This document shows positions 17,894-26,149 of a DNA stretch of 41,935 nucleotides, piece after piece. The notes beneath the pieces are model-generated. The model had not been told where the DNA came from and ran no database searches. It saw nothing but the letters and a program-made list of their open reading frames with translations. Within the stretch, counting starts at the first letter, position 1, and every line of letters starts with the position of its first letter. The translations under genes and the position numbers were made by a program. Source of the stretch: Anaerolineae bacterium (GTDB taxonomy: Bacteria; Chloroflexota; Anaerolineae; JAAYZQ01); the NCBI GenBank assembly GCA_041559855.1, contig JBFFCR010000002.1, positions 1 to 41,935 on the forward strand. The letters run 5' to 3'.

Positions 17894-17933
17894 GCTCTCT
17901 CCTCAGCCGTGCGCCGCGCCGCTGGGTTAGACT

Positions 17934-18305
17934 CTAGATCAGCCGTTCCAGGTCCTCGGCCGCCCGGCGCATGTCCAGGAAGACCAGACCTAGTTTGGCA
18001 TCCTTGCGGGCCAACACGGTGAGTACGGCCTCTTCGCCTACTGCGGAAAGGATCACGTACCCGTTTGCCCCGCGGACGTACACCTGATCTAGCACTCCGC
18101 GTCCCAACTCGCCGGCAATCCGCTCACCAAGACTGAGCATGGCAGCGCTCATGGCAGAGACGCGGTCCTCCTCAACGTCCGGCGGCAGTGCAGAAGCGAT
18201 AATGAGGCCATCCACACTCACCAAGGCCGACGCTTCGATGTCCGGTGTGCTGATCTGCAGGTCTTTCAAACGCGCAACCATCTGCTCCGTGCGGGATAGT
18301 GCCAT
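17934..18305 (-). CDS. Roadblock/LC7 domain protein (MglB/CvnB-like)
   Basis: 123 aa. Contains ASALVSVDGLIIASALPPDVEEDRVSAMSAAMLSLGERIAGELG...VYVRGANGYVILSAVGEEAVLTVLA, the typical Roadblock pattern. Confidence 0.9.
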   Translation of the reverse strand: MALSRTEQMVARLKDLQISTPDIEASALVSVDGLIIASALPPDVEEDRVSAMSAAMLSLGERIAGELGRGVLDQVYVRGANGYVILSAVGEEAVLTVLARKDAKLGLVFLDMRRAAEDLERLI

Positions 18306-18359
18306 TGGTGCTTTCCCTCCTTACAAGCGGATGGTCCCCCACCACCCACCTGCGCCCAC

Positions 18360-18890
18360 CTACCCGGGGGTAGTATCCAGTATCGTGTACAGCAGCTCTA
18401 GAAGAACGCTCTTTACACTCTCTATGTCCGTCGCAACGCAAGGTAGAAGCTTGATATCAGGACGCACGCGCAGCGCGATTCGAAGATCTTCAGGCGACCA
18501 GGCGTCCTCCATGTCCTGCTTGTTTGCCGCCACCACATACGGCGTAGTCGCATACCTGCGAAAGATGTCCAGAATCCGCCTCGCCTCACGGAACGTCTCG
18601 GGACGAACGCTATCCACCAGGACCACAAAGCCCAGCATCCCCTCCGAGAGAATTTCCCACATAAAGTCAAAGCGCTTCTGCCCAGGCGTACCAAAGAGAT
18701 AGAGAACCAGATCTTCGTCTACAGTGATGCGTCCAAAGTCCATGGCAACCGTGGTCTGCTTCTTGACACGTGACGTCTCATCTGTGATCTCGCGCTCGGT
18801 TGACACGACCTCGATTTCGCTGACGCTACTGATGAAAGCGGTCTTGCCTGCATTGAACGGCCCGGTGATGACCATCTTGACTGTCTGCAT
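18360..18890 (-). CDS. Small Ras-like GTPase (MglA/CvnD-like 'ATP/GTP-binding protein')
   Basis: 176 aa. G1 is GPFNAGKT, the switch region is TTVAMDFG, G3 is LYLFGTPGQKRF and G4 is AANKQD. Confidence 0.9.
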   Translation of the reverse strand: MQTVKMVITGPFNAGKTAFISSVSEIEVVSTEREITDETSRVKKQTTVAMDFGRITVDEDLVLYLFGTPGQKRFDFMWEILSEGMLGFVVLVDSVRPETFREARRILDIFRRYATTPYVVAANKQDMEDAWSPEDLRIALRVRPDIKLLPCVATDIESVKSVLLELLYTILDTTPG

Positions 18891-18973
18891 CGTACTTTTG
18901 CCTGCTCCGTTGTCGTTGTAGTTTTGGCTCGGGTCAGGATCGATGGCTCACCTTCCCGGTTGATGGAGCAGGA

Positions 18974-19801
18974 TCACAACCGCTTAATCCGGTCTATCAA
19001 CTTGCGTATGACCGAGCGTTTCACAGCAGGAGGGCGTCCGATCACAGTCTCTACCGCCGACGAAGGGGGCCTGGCAGCCGGGACGCCTTCGGGCACCAGT
19101 ACCTCCACCAGTCCCGCCTGCAAGAGGCCATAGATGATCCTGCGAATCTGAAAGTCGTCCATGCCAATGCGCTGTGCAATCTGCCTGATGGAGTTTCGCG
19201 GGTTTATGTAGGAAATGACCCGCCACTCGTCCACACTCAGATTTATGTTGCGCAACTGCGCTTGGGGACGGTCCGTGAACTTTAGCGCGACACCCAAATC
19301 TGGAAGCTCATCTTGAAGACGCTCCCACTCCTTCACACGGCGGCTGCCCTCCAAGATGATGTTCTCCAGATTGATCGACGCTGTTATCGCATCGTCAGAG
19401 GGCAACTGGTTCGGCTCAAAGTGAAATAGGCCATCGGTCCACGTGAATAGACCATAGACGGTATCCAGGATGTCAGTGCGAATGCTTCCTACAATATCTG
19501 GCTGCGTGACGTGGCCAGCACTAATCAGAAGCATACCCAGTTCTTTGTCCGACTGCGTTCCCGCACGCGCCCGGATGATCTTTGCGCGCTCTTCGGAAAG
19601 CTTCCCACCCCGGGCAAGCACGCTGGCAAGGTGCCCATCCTTGCCGCTCATCGTAGAGTACACCAGTTTTCCTTCGCGAAAGAACAGGGTAGTGATGCCT
19701 GAAGGCACCTGAATCGTGAGCGCCCCGGTCTTGCGTGCAAGGTGGATCAGGTTCAACAATTGGGTCGTGCTAAAGTCCTTGAGGTTCCCTTTCAGCGCCA
19801 T
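18974..19801 (-). CDS. DUF4388 (PATAN-like) domain protein with a C-terminal winged-helix-like segment
   Basis: 275 aa. The N-terminus GNLKDFSTTQLLNLIHLARKTGALTI is the DUF4388 signature. The C-terminal LSVDEWRVISYINPRNSIRQIAQRIGMDDFQIRRIIYGLLQAGLVEV looks like a DUF742/MarR-type wHTH. The extreme C-terminus, KRSVIRKLIDRIKRL, is amphipathic and basic. Confidence 0.85.
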   Translation of the reverse strand: MALKGNLKDFSTTQLLNLIHLARKTGALTIQVPSGITTLFFREGKLVYSTMSGKDGHLASVLARGGKLSEERAKIIRARAGTQSDKELGMLLISAGHVTQPDIVGSIRTDILDTVYGLFTWTDGLFHFEPNQLPSDDAITASINLENIILEGSRRVKEWERLQDELPDLGVALKFTDRPQAQLRNINLSVDEWRVISYINPRNSIRQIAQRIGMDDFQIRRIIYGLLQAGLVEVLVPEGVPAARPPSSAVETVIGRPPAVKRSVIRKLIDRIKRL

Positions 19802-19885
19802 CTTGACCTACCCTTGTATGAGTTGTCCCTCCAGCCCCGGCACAGGCGCCCAGACCCAATGAGGTTCCATGATGCCCTGGGGGCT

Positions 19886-19917
19886 GTCTCATGGCCAATT
19901 ATACCCCGTCTCATGGC
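19886..19917. repeat. Two copies of a 10-bp direct repeat, GTCTCATGGC, that bracket the -10 hexamer; candidate operator
   Basis: Exact copies sit at 19886-19895 and 19908-19917, 22 bp apart start to start (about two helical turns). The TATAAT complement (19898-19903) lies between them. Confidence 0.5.
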
Positions 19918-19926
19918 TTTAGTCAA
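19898..19926 (-). promoter_or_regulatory. Near-consensus sigma70-type promoter (TTGACT - 17 nt - TATAAT) for the minus-strand signalling cluster
   Basis: On the reverse strand, TTGACT is the complement of 19921-19926 and TATAAT is the complement of 19898-19903. The spacer is exactly 17 nt. The promoter lies about 97 nt upstream of the ATG at 19801. Confidence 0.6.
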
Positions 19927-19996
19927 CTGCCCCGTGACCCGTATTCGGAAGGTCAGCGATGCCACACTCAATCTGTGTTTAGTGCCCGAGTTGGAC

Positions 19997-20026
19997 TTGT
20001 AGAAAGAACCAGGGCTATGCTATAAT
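19997..20026 (+). promoter_or_regulatory. Candidate plus-strand promoter with an extended -10 (TTGTAG - 18 nt - TGcTATAAT)
   Basis: TATAAT is at 20021-20026, preceded by TG at 20018-20019. A weak -35 (TTGTAG) is at 19997-20002. It lies 62 nt upstream of the ATG at 20089, which has a GGAGGA RBS. Confidence 0.45.
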
Positions 20027-20088
20027 GGGCGGCACCGAGCTTTCGGGTCCGCCGGCGAGACCCGGCTGCTGATGGAGGATCGTACAGC

Positions 20089-21360
20089 ATGAACAAGAGC
20101 CGCAAAAGGATAATGAAGGTGGTCGTTCTGGCGACTACCTTGCTGGGAGTTGCGCTCCTGGTTGCGGGCTGCCATTCTTCGGACACTGCCAGCCTTACAC
20201 CAACCCCTACCAAGACGCCGCGCCCTGCTGACGCCAGAATGCCAGCCTTGCCGACCTCGAATAGTACGCCTACCGCATCCGCCACACCGACCAGTGTTGC
20301 CTCACCTACCGCCACTGAAGTATCGCCGACCTCAACGCCCACACCAGAGCCGACGCTGCCTCCTCTCGGGGATGCCTGGCCCACACTCGAGCCCAACCTT
20401 TGTCCCCTCACCGGCATGGAGGTCAGCGATCCAGCTCTATTGGAGCGACGCCCGCTCGCCATCAAGATCCAGAACGCCGCAATCTCGCGACCGCAGTACG
20501 GCCTTCCCCAGGCGGACATCGTATATGAACACCTGTCCGAGGCAGGCATAACCCGTTTCACTGGCATCTACCTTTGCCAGGACGTAGACAAGATCGGTTC
20601 AACACGCAGTGCGCGCTTTATTGACCTCGAGATCCCGGCCATGTACAAGAGCCTTCTGGCATTTTCCGGAACCAGCGCCGGCCTATATCCAAAGTTCTTG
20701 AATGCGGATTTCTACGACCGGGAGTTCTGCTACGGTTGGAACCTTCACTCCGAGGCCTTTTACCGGGATACGGAACTGCGCGAGCAAGGCATTCCCATAG
20801 AGCATACACTCTTTGCCGATCCCGACAAGATCTGGGAGATCGCCGACGAGTTAGACATTAATCAACCCCAGGAACTGCGCGACATGCATTTCTCTCAGGA
20901 CACACCTGAGGGAGGCATGCCTGCAACTCACATCCATATCCCATTTCCTTCGAGTGACATGGTCGTCGACTACCGATATAACCCTGAACTCGGCGCCTAC
21001 CTGCGCTGGGATGCAGGCGAACCTCATGTCGACGCCGCAACAGGCGAGCAGCTTGCTGCAACCAACGTCGTCGTCGTCTATGCTACCCATGTCGACACTG
21101 ACATATACGAGGATGAGCCCCGCCGGAACCACCCCTCAGTCCAGATTCAGCTATGGGGCACGGGGCCTGCTGTCATATTCCGGGACGGTCAGGCCTTTGA
21201 GGGTCTGTGGGCTCGGCCACAGCGTGGCGACATGCTGGTTTTCCGCGACCTCACCGGTCAGATCCCTATTCCCCTGAAGCCGGGCAATATCTGGATTGAG
21301 CTCGTGCCGCTGGAGGGGCACAGGTGGGCATTCGAAGCTACCTGGGATGATACAGAGTAA
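20089..21360 (+). CDS. DUF3048 (YerB-like) lipoprotein with a Thr/Pro-rich linker
   Basis: 423 aa. The signal peptide plus lipobox reads VVVLATTLLGVALLVAGC. A low-complexity T/P/S linker of about 60 aa follows. The DUF3048 signature is CPLTGMEVSDPALLERRPLAIKIQNAAISRPQYGLPQADIVYEHLSEAGITRF. Confidence 0.85.
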   Translation: MNKSRKRIMKVVVLATTLLGVALLVAGCHSSDTASLTPTPTKTPRPADARMPALPTSNSTPTASATPTSVASPTATEVSPTSTPTPEPTLPPLGDAWPTLEPNLCPLTGMEVSDPALLERRPLAIKIQNAAISRPQYGLPQADIVYEHLSEAGITRFTGIYLCQDVDKIGSTRSARFIDLEIPAMYKSLLAFSGTSAGLYPKFLNADFYDREFCYGWNLHSEAFYRDTELREQGIPIEHTLFADPDKIWEIADELDINQPQELRDMHFSQDTPEGGMPATHIHIPFPSSDMVVDYRYNPELGAYLRWDAGEPHVDAATGEQLAATNVVVVYATHVDTDIYEDEPRRNHPSVQIQLWGTGPAVIFRDGQAFEGLWARPQRGDMLVFRDLTGQIPIPLKPGNIWIELVPLEGHRWAFEATWDDTE

Positions 21361-21366
21361 GAGCCC

Positions 21367-21783
21367 ATGATAACGAGCGAGCGCATACACTTCCATACCC
21401 AGGGCAATGGCCATATACTCGACATTACGGACCAGATCAGTCGTAAGCTTCGCAACTCGGGCATCAACAACGGCGTCATAACCCTTTTCACCCCAAGTTC
21501 GACGAGCGCTCTCACCACAACCGAATACGAGTCGGGCACTGTATCCGACCTCCAGCAGCTATTCGACCGCATCATTCCACCTGACCTGGAGTATCGTCAT
21601 AACTTGCGATGGGGTGACAATAACGGTCACTCACACGCTCGGCATGCCCTGCTTGGACCGTCGCTGACGATCCCGTTTATCGAAGGTCAGATGACACTGG
21701 GGACCTGGCAGCAGATAGTCTATGTGGACTTTGACAACCGTGCACGATCCAGGACCGTGATCGTGCAGATCATGGGCGAGTAG
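21367..21783 (+). CDS. YjbQ/UPF0047 family protein (secondary thiamine-phosphate synthase-like)
   Basis: 138 aa. Contains ILDITDQI, GVITLFTPSSTSALTTTEYESG, NNGHSHARHALLGPSLTIPF and LGTWQQIVYVDFD. Confidence 0.9.
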   Translation: MITSERIHFHTQGNGHILDITDQISRKLRNSGINNGVITLFTPSSTSALTTTEYESGTVSDLQQLFDRIIPPDLEYRHNLRWGDNNGHSHARHALLGPSLTIPFIEGQMTLGTWQQIVYVDFDNRARSRTVIVQIMGE

Positions 21784-21853
21784 GCCAGCATCGCGGCCTC
21801 AATCCCGACCCGATGGGTACAACCAGGGCTAAGAACAGCACGGAGAGATTCGC

Positions 21854-22525
21854 ATGCCGCCTGAGAGCATCCGTCAGACAGACGGTGAGCGCTCTGGCAT
21901 GAGCACCCGTTCCGCAAGCCCGCTGCGTGCCTGGATGCAGGCGAGAGCAAGGCTCATGCCTGATCTCCTGTCCCAGTCCCCCCCTTGGGTTCGCAGCGCC
22001 TTTGCCCACTCCTGGGCACCCATGCGGGCCCTTTCTCGGCAGCTTGAGTGCCTCCCGCCCCCCCTGTGGAACCGGCTGCAACGATGGGAGAGCGGATATG
22101 TCGTGCTTTGCACCACTGATTCCCGCTATGTCCCTGGTCCTGCCAGCATACGGCGCCAGCGCCTGACCAACGTCGCATTCGTGTCGATCGAGGATCTGGC
22201 CGTCGCCAACGAACGGACGATCCACACTCTGGGTCACCTTGTGGATCATCACCTCGGATGCGGTGGGGAAGCCGAAGGGCTTTGGCTCTCGGAGGGTGGT
22301 GGCGTGTCGCCCCGCTGGCAACAGGCAGGCCAGCGCCTGGCAGACCTCTACGGCCTCGGCTATGCTGTCGACCCAGTAGCACAAGCAAACGTGCGAGACT
22401 ACTTTGCCCAATCCCTGGCCATATACTGCCTGGATTGGCAGCGCCTGAACGTGGCGGATCCGGCGATCGACAAGTGGTTTCGCAACACACTCTGGGTTGA
22501 GGCATTCTGGGCGGAACACGAGTAG
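21854..22525 (+). CDS. Hypothetical protein (no family recognised)
   Basis: 223 aa. It is co-directional with its neighbours and shows a GC3-rich codon pattern with ordinary amino-acid composition. The two long antisense ORFs are Cys/Arg/Pro/Gly-rich. Contains IHTLGHLVDHHLG. Confidence 0.55.
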   Translation: MPPESIRQTDGERSGMSTRSASPLRAWMQARARLMPDLLSQSPPWVRSAFAHSWAPMRALSRQLECLPPPLWNRLQRWESGYVVLCTTDSRYVPGPASIRRQRLTNVAFVSIEDLAVANERTIHTLGHLVDHHLGCGGEAEGLWLSEGGGVSPRWQQAGQRLADLYGLGYAVDPVAQANVRDYFAQSLAIYCLDWQRLNVADPAIDKWFRNTLWVEAFWAEHE

Positions 22526-22547
22526 CGAAAGGGGAACAGCAACCAAG

Positions 22548-23666
22548 ATGGATCTCGAGAAGTACAGCTTGAGGCTCGCATCTCTGCGGCAGTTGCAGGC
22601 AGCGAACGGCGTCTCCTGTGTTGCGCTGATGCCAGGCGCCAACCTGCACTATTTCACCGGACTCGCAGCGCATCTGAGCGAACGACCCATGCTTGCCTTT
22701 GTGCCCTCAGCCGGGCAGCTTGCTGTTCTGCTCCCCCAGCTGGAGGCCCCCGCCGCTCGTCGCCTTCTGCCTGACGGCGCCCGCCTCTTCACCTACAGCG
22801 ACGAGGAAGGACACGAACAAGCTTTTCACGAGGTAGCCGGGGAATTGGAGCTCGACGGCAGGACCGTTGGCATCGAATTCCTGGCGATGCGCGCACTGGA
22901 AATGCGTCGCATCGAACAGGCTGCCCCTGGCAGTCGCTTGCTTGCAGTCGAGCCCTGGCTGCCGGAGCTTCGCATGCACAAGGACGAAGTCGAGCTCGAC
23001 TTCATGCGCAAGGCAGTGAGCATCGCCGAACAGGCGATGCAGGCTCTTCTCGATGCGCGTGCGATCCGTGCTGGGCGCAGTGAGTTGGAAATCGCAGCTG
23101 ACCTCAAAGTCGCCTTGCTGCGCGCAGGATCGCAGAGTGATGCGTTCTCTCCCATTGTGGTAGCGGGACCCAACTCAGCTTCGCCCCATTCCGCTCCTTC
23201 GGACCGGCTCCTGCAGGCTGGAGAGCTTGTGGTTATAGACTGGGGAGCAGTGTACGAAGGCTATCGCTCCGACATCACGCGCACCTTCGTGCTGGACTCC
23301 CCAACACCCGAGATGGAGAGGATGCACGATGCGGTGCTGGTCGCCAATCAGGCAGGCAGGATGGCCGTCCGTCCCGGAATATCAGCTCAGGACATTGACC
23401 GCGCTGCGCGTCGATCCATCGTCCTAGCAGGATACGGAGAGTACTTTATTCACCGCACCGGACACGGTTTGGGACTGGAGACCCACGAACCACCCTACAT
23501 CGTGGAGACCAATCAGGAACTACTGGCACAAGGAATGACCTTCACCGTAGAGCCGGGCATCTACCTGCCGGGCGTGGGCGGCGTGCGCATTGAAGACGAC
23601 GTGGCAGTCACGCTAGACGGCGCGGATACGCTGACAACCCTGCCGCGCGACCTGGTATCTCTGTGA
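22548..23666 (+). CDS. M24-family Xaa-Pro aminopeptidase/dipeptidase
   Basis: Contains YRSDITRTFV, FIHRTGHGLGLETHEPPYI and FTVEPGIYLPGVGGVRIEDDV, the metal-ligand motifs of the pita-bread fold. The track ORF starts at TTG 22497. I prefer ATG 22548 (MDLEKYSLRL...) because it removes the 29-nt overlap with the upstream gene. Confidence 0.88.
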   Translation: MDLEKYSLRLASLRQLQAANGVSCVALMPGANLHYFTGLAAHLSERPMLAFVPSAGQLAVLLPQLEAPAARRLLPDGARLFTYSDEEGHEQAFHEVAGELELDGRTVGIEFLAMRALEMRRIEQAAPGSRLLAVEPWLPELRMHKDEVELDFMRKAVSIAEQAMQALLDARAIRAGRSELEIAADLKVALLRAGSQSDAFSPIVVAGPNSASPHSAPSDRLLQAGELVVIDWGAVYEGYRSDITRTFVLDSPTPEMERMHDAVLVANQAGRMAVRPGISAQDIDRAARRSIVLAGYGEYFIHRTGHGLGLETHEPPYIVETNQELLAQGMTFTVEPGIYLPGVGGVRIEDDVAVTLDGADTLTTLPRDLVSL

Positions 23667-23694
23667 AACAAGGTCGACAGCTGGGCATTCGAGA

Positions 23695-25155
23695 ATGAGC
23701 CTCGCCAAGCGGAGTGTAACGTCCGCAGCCTGGAACATCGTCGTCAGCATGGCCCGGGTGCTAGTGCTGATCGTGCGCTCCATCATTCTGGCGCGGTTCC
23801 TGCCAGTGGAGGTATTCGGCATCTATGCCTTTGCCATGTCGATCGTAACCCTCAGTTCGGCGCTTCCCGTCTTTGGGATGTGGGGCGCCTTTATACATCG
23901 AGCGCCGGAAAGTCAGGATGAGGAGGAGCTGGCAGCCGTCCACTTCACCCTGAAAGGGTTATTCACCCTCGGGTGGATGGCTATTCTGTTGGGCATCGCC
24001 CATTTCTTCACCAAGGGAGAAACTCGGGTCGCCTTGACCTTGCTGACGCTGGTCTACGGAGGTACGCACCTTGCCCAGACACCTCGGCTGATCCTCACTC
24101 GGCGCGTCGTACACCGTCGCATGGCTTTCTTGCAGCTCATTGATGCCATCCTCTCCAGTGTCCTGGCCATCGCCCTGGCCTGGCGTGGCGTCACACTGTG
24201 GGCGCTCCTCGCCACCGACATCGTCACCCTCGTAGTCACCATTTTGGGGCTCTACGTGTGGCGGCCCGTGTGGCTACCCCGCCTGGCCTGGTCGGCACCA
24301 ATTGTCCGCTACTTGCTCAGCTTTGGTGGCCGAACCTTTATAGCTGATGTTCTGGCACGGGCCCTGGATCGGGTGGATGACCTTTGGACCGGCCTGGCGC
24401 TCGGCGAAACCGCACTGGGGTTCTACTCCCGGGCATACACTTTTGCTATCTACCCCAGATTCATCCTTGCCATGCCCATCAACAACGTCGCAGGCGGCAC
24501 CTACGCCGAGCTGAAAGGCGACCGGCCGCGCCTCTCCAAAGCATTCTTTCGCACCAACGCCTTCCTGGTGCGAACTGGCTTCCTCTTGGGCGGGCTGCTC
24601 GCTTTGCTCGCCCCCGAATTCATCCACCTGGCCCTCGGTGACAAGTGGCTCCCCATGCTCACCGCTTTTCGGCTCATGCTCGTATACACCCTCTTCGATC
24701 CAATCAAGCTCACCGTCGCTGACGTCCTGACCGCCTCAGGATCGCCGGGGAAGGTGGTTCGAGCACGGGCCATCCAATTGGTCGTGCTCGCCGTTGGGCT
24801 CGTTAGCCTGGGTCCGTGGTTGGGCATCGCCGGTGTCGCCATCGCAGTGGACGCCATGTTGGTTGTGGGCATCGGGATCCTGCTTTGGCAGGTTCGTGCC
24901 TACGTGGACTACTCCATCAAGCGGCTGCTCTTCGTACCGTTCATTGCCTTGTTGGCAGGCATTGGTCTTGCCTCGGCAGCTGCGGCCATTTCTGGCCTGC
25001 AGAGTTCATACTGGCTCAGCGGCGCGACCAAAGCCGTCGTTTTTGCAGGCGCCTATTCGGCGATCGTCCTGCTAGTGGAACGACGCGAGATCCCGCGCTA
25101 CGTCAGCTTGCTGCGGCAACTGACGCCTGCGCAAGTTCGAGAAGATGGAGACTGA
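23695..25155 (+). CDS. Wzx-type oligosaccharide/polysaccharide flippase (MOP superfamily)
   Basis: 486 aa with about 12-14 TM helices. The N-terminus AAWNIVVSMARVLVLIVRSIILARFLPVEVFGIYAF is typical of polysaccharide biosynthesis/export (Wzx) proteins. Confidence 0.85.
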   Translation: MSLAKRSVTSAAWNIVVSMARVLVLIVRSIILARFLPVEVFGIYAFAMSIVTLSSALPVFGMWGAFIHRAPESQDEEELAAVHFTLKGLFTLGWMAILLGIAHFFTKGETRVALTLLTLVYGGTHLAQTPRLILTRRVVHRRMAFLQLIDAILSSVLAIALAWRGVTLWALLATDIVTLVVTILGLYVWRPVWLPRLAWSAPIVRYLLSFGGRTFIADVLARALDRVDDLWTGLALGETALGFYSRAYTFAIYPRFILAMPINNVAGGTYAELKGDRPRLSKAFFRTNAFLVRTGFLLGGLLALLAPEFIHLALGDKWLPMLTAFRLMLVYTLFDPIKLTVADVLTASGSPGKVVRARAIQLVVLAVGLVSLGPWLGIAGVAIAVDAMLVVGIGILLWQVRAYVDYSIKRLLFVPFIALLAGIGLASAAAAISGLQSSYWLSGATKAVVFAGAYSAIVLLVERREIPRYVSLLRQLTPAQVREDGD

Positions 25156-26095
25156 CATGACTCGACCCATCTTTGTCGTGGGCTCTGACAGATCGGGCAC
25201 CACACTTCTGCGACTAATGCTGACCTGCCATCCTGATGTCGCGATTCCACCAGAGAGCCTGTTTGCGCTTGACTTGTACCCCGCCTGGGGCAATGTTCGC
25301 CTAAAGGATGCTGAACAGATCCAGTCACTCTGCGACGAACTGTACGCCGACGAGACGTTCAGGGAATGGCGCGTGGCACGTGCCAACCTTGAAAAGACGA
25401 TCATGGGGCACCTGCCTCTGAGCTATGCCGAGTTCGTCGATCTTGTATACTTGACCTATGCACACCAACATCAGCCAACAGCGGTGCGCTGGGGCGACAA
25501 GAACCCAAGGTACGCCATGCACTTGCCATGGGTATGGCACCTCTTCCCTGACGCCAGGGTTATCCACATTATCCGGGACGGTCGCGCTGTCTTTAGCTCC
25601 TTCAGGGAGGCAAATCGCAAGGCCGGAATGACGATCTGGCCCGAGACAGTGAGCGCCGCAGCACGCAGTTGGACCATTCGATTGACTACAGCATGGCAGC
25701 ACCGGACCAACCCCAACTATGCGGAGGTATTCTACGAAAACCTGGTTCAAGCGCCCGAGACCGAGCTGCGTCAGCTGTGCGCATTCCTTGACCTTGAGTA
25801 CAACCCTGGCATGCTTGACTTCGCAGAGATGAACCGCAAGGAACAGCTGGTACCCAGGCATCGGCTTGCCTGGCACAGTGCCACCTTGAGGCCCGTGCAG
25901 GATTCAAAGGTGGCAGCGTGGCAAGACGCACTGAGTGCTTCTGATGTCGCACGATTCGAGTTGATGGCAGGGCATCACCTCGTCAGATGTGGCTACCCAA
26001 TCAGAGCAGGTAGACTCGGGCGATTTCGGATCGTGAACACGCTTTCGCTGTACGGGGCCACACTCTTGAGGAAGCTTCGCAGTGTGCACACGTGA
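25145..26095 (+). CDS. Sulfotransferase (RSGTT-type PAPS-binding loop)
   Basis: 316 aa. The 5'-PSB-like motif is PIFVVGSDRSGTTLLRLML and the 3'-PB-like motif is VIHIIRDGRAVFSS. It is a paralogue of the 31487-32452 gene. An alternative start at ATG 25157 has GGAG 6 nt upstream. The ATG at 25145 overlaps the flippase stop by 11 nt. Confidence 0.85.
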   Translation: METDMTRPIFVVGSDRSGTTLLRLMLTCHPDVAIPPESLFALDLYPAWGNVRLKDAEQIQSLCDELYADETFREWRVARANLEKTIMGHLPLSYAEFVDLVYLTYAHQHQPTAVRWGDKNPRYAMHLPWVWHLFPDARVIHIIRDGRAVFSSFREANRKAGMTIWPETVSAAARSWTIRLTTAWQHRTNPNYAEVFYENLVQAPETELRQLCAFLDLEYNPGMLDFAEMNRKEQLVPRHRLAWHSATLRPVQDSKVAAWQDALSASDVARFELMAGHHLVRCGYPIRAGRLGRFRIVNTLSLYGATLLRKLRSVHT

Positions 26096-26149
26096 AATGC
26101 GAGTACTTGATCTCGGTCTTGGACCTGTGAGCTTTGATGGAGTAGCTCT

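Noticed and set aside
19968-20567. 199-aa minus-strand ORF that overlaps the divergent region and the lipoprotein 5' end
   Set aside because: It is antisense to the DUF3048 lipoprotein signal peptide and linker. Its Gly/Val/Ala-rich sequence mirrors the T/P-rich linker.
21770-22673. Two long minus-strand ORFs (290 aa and 239 aa) opposite the hypothetical gene
   Set aside because: They are Cys/Arg/Gly/Pro-rich, mutually overlapping, and opposed to the uniform plus-strand orientation of the block. The plus-strand ORF has normal composition. The rejection is not absolute, because the plus ORF has no recognised family.
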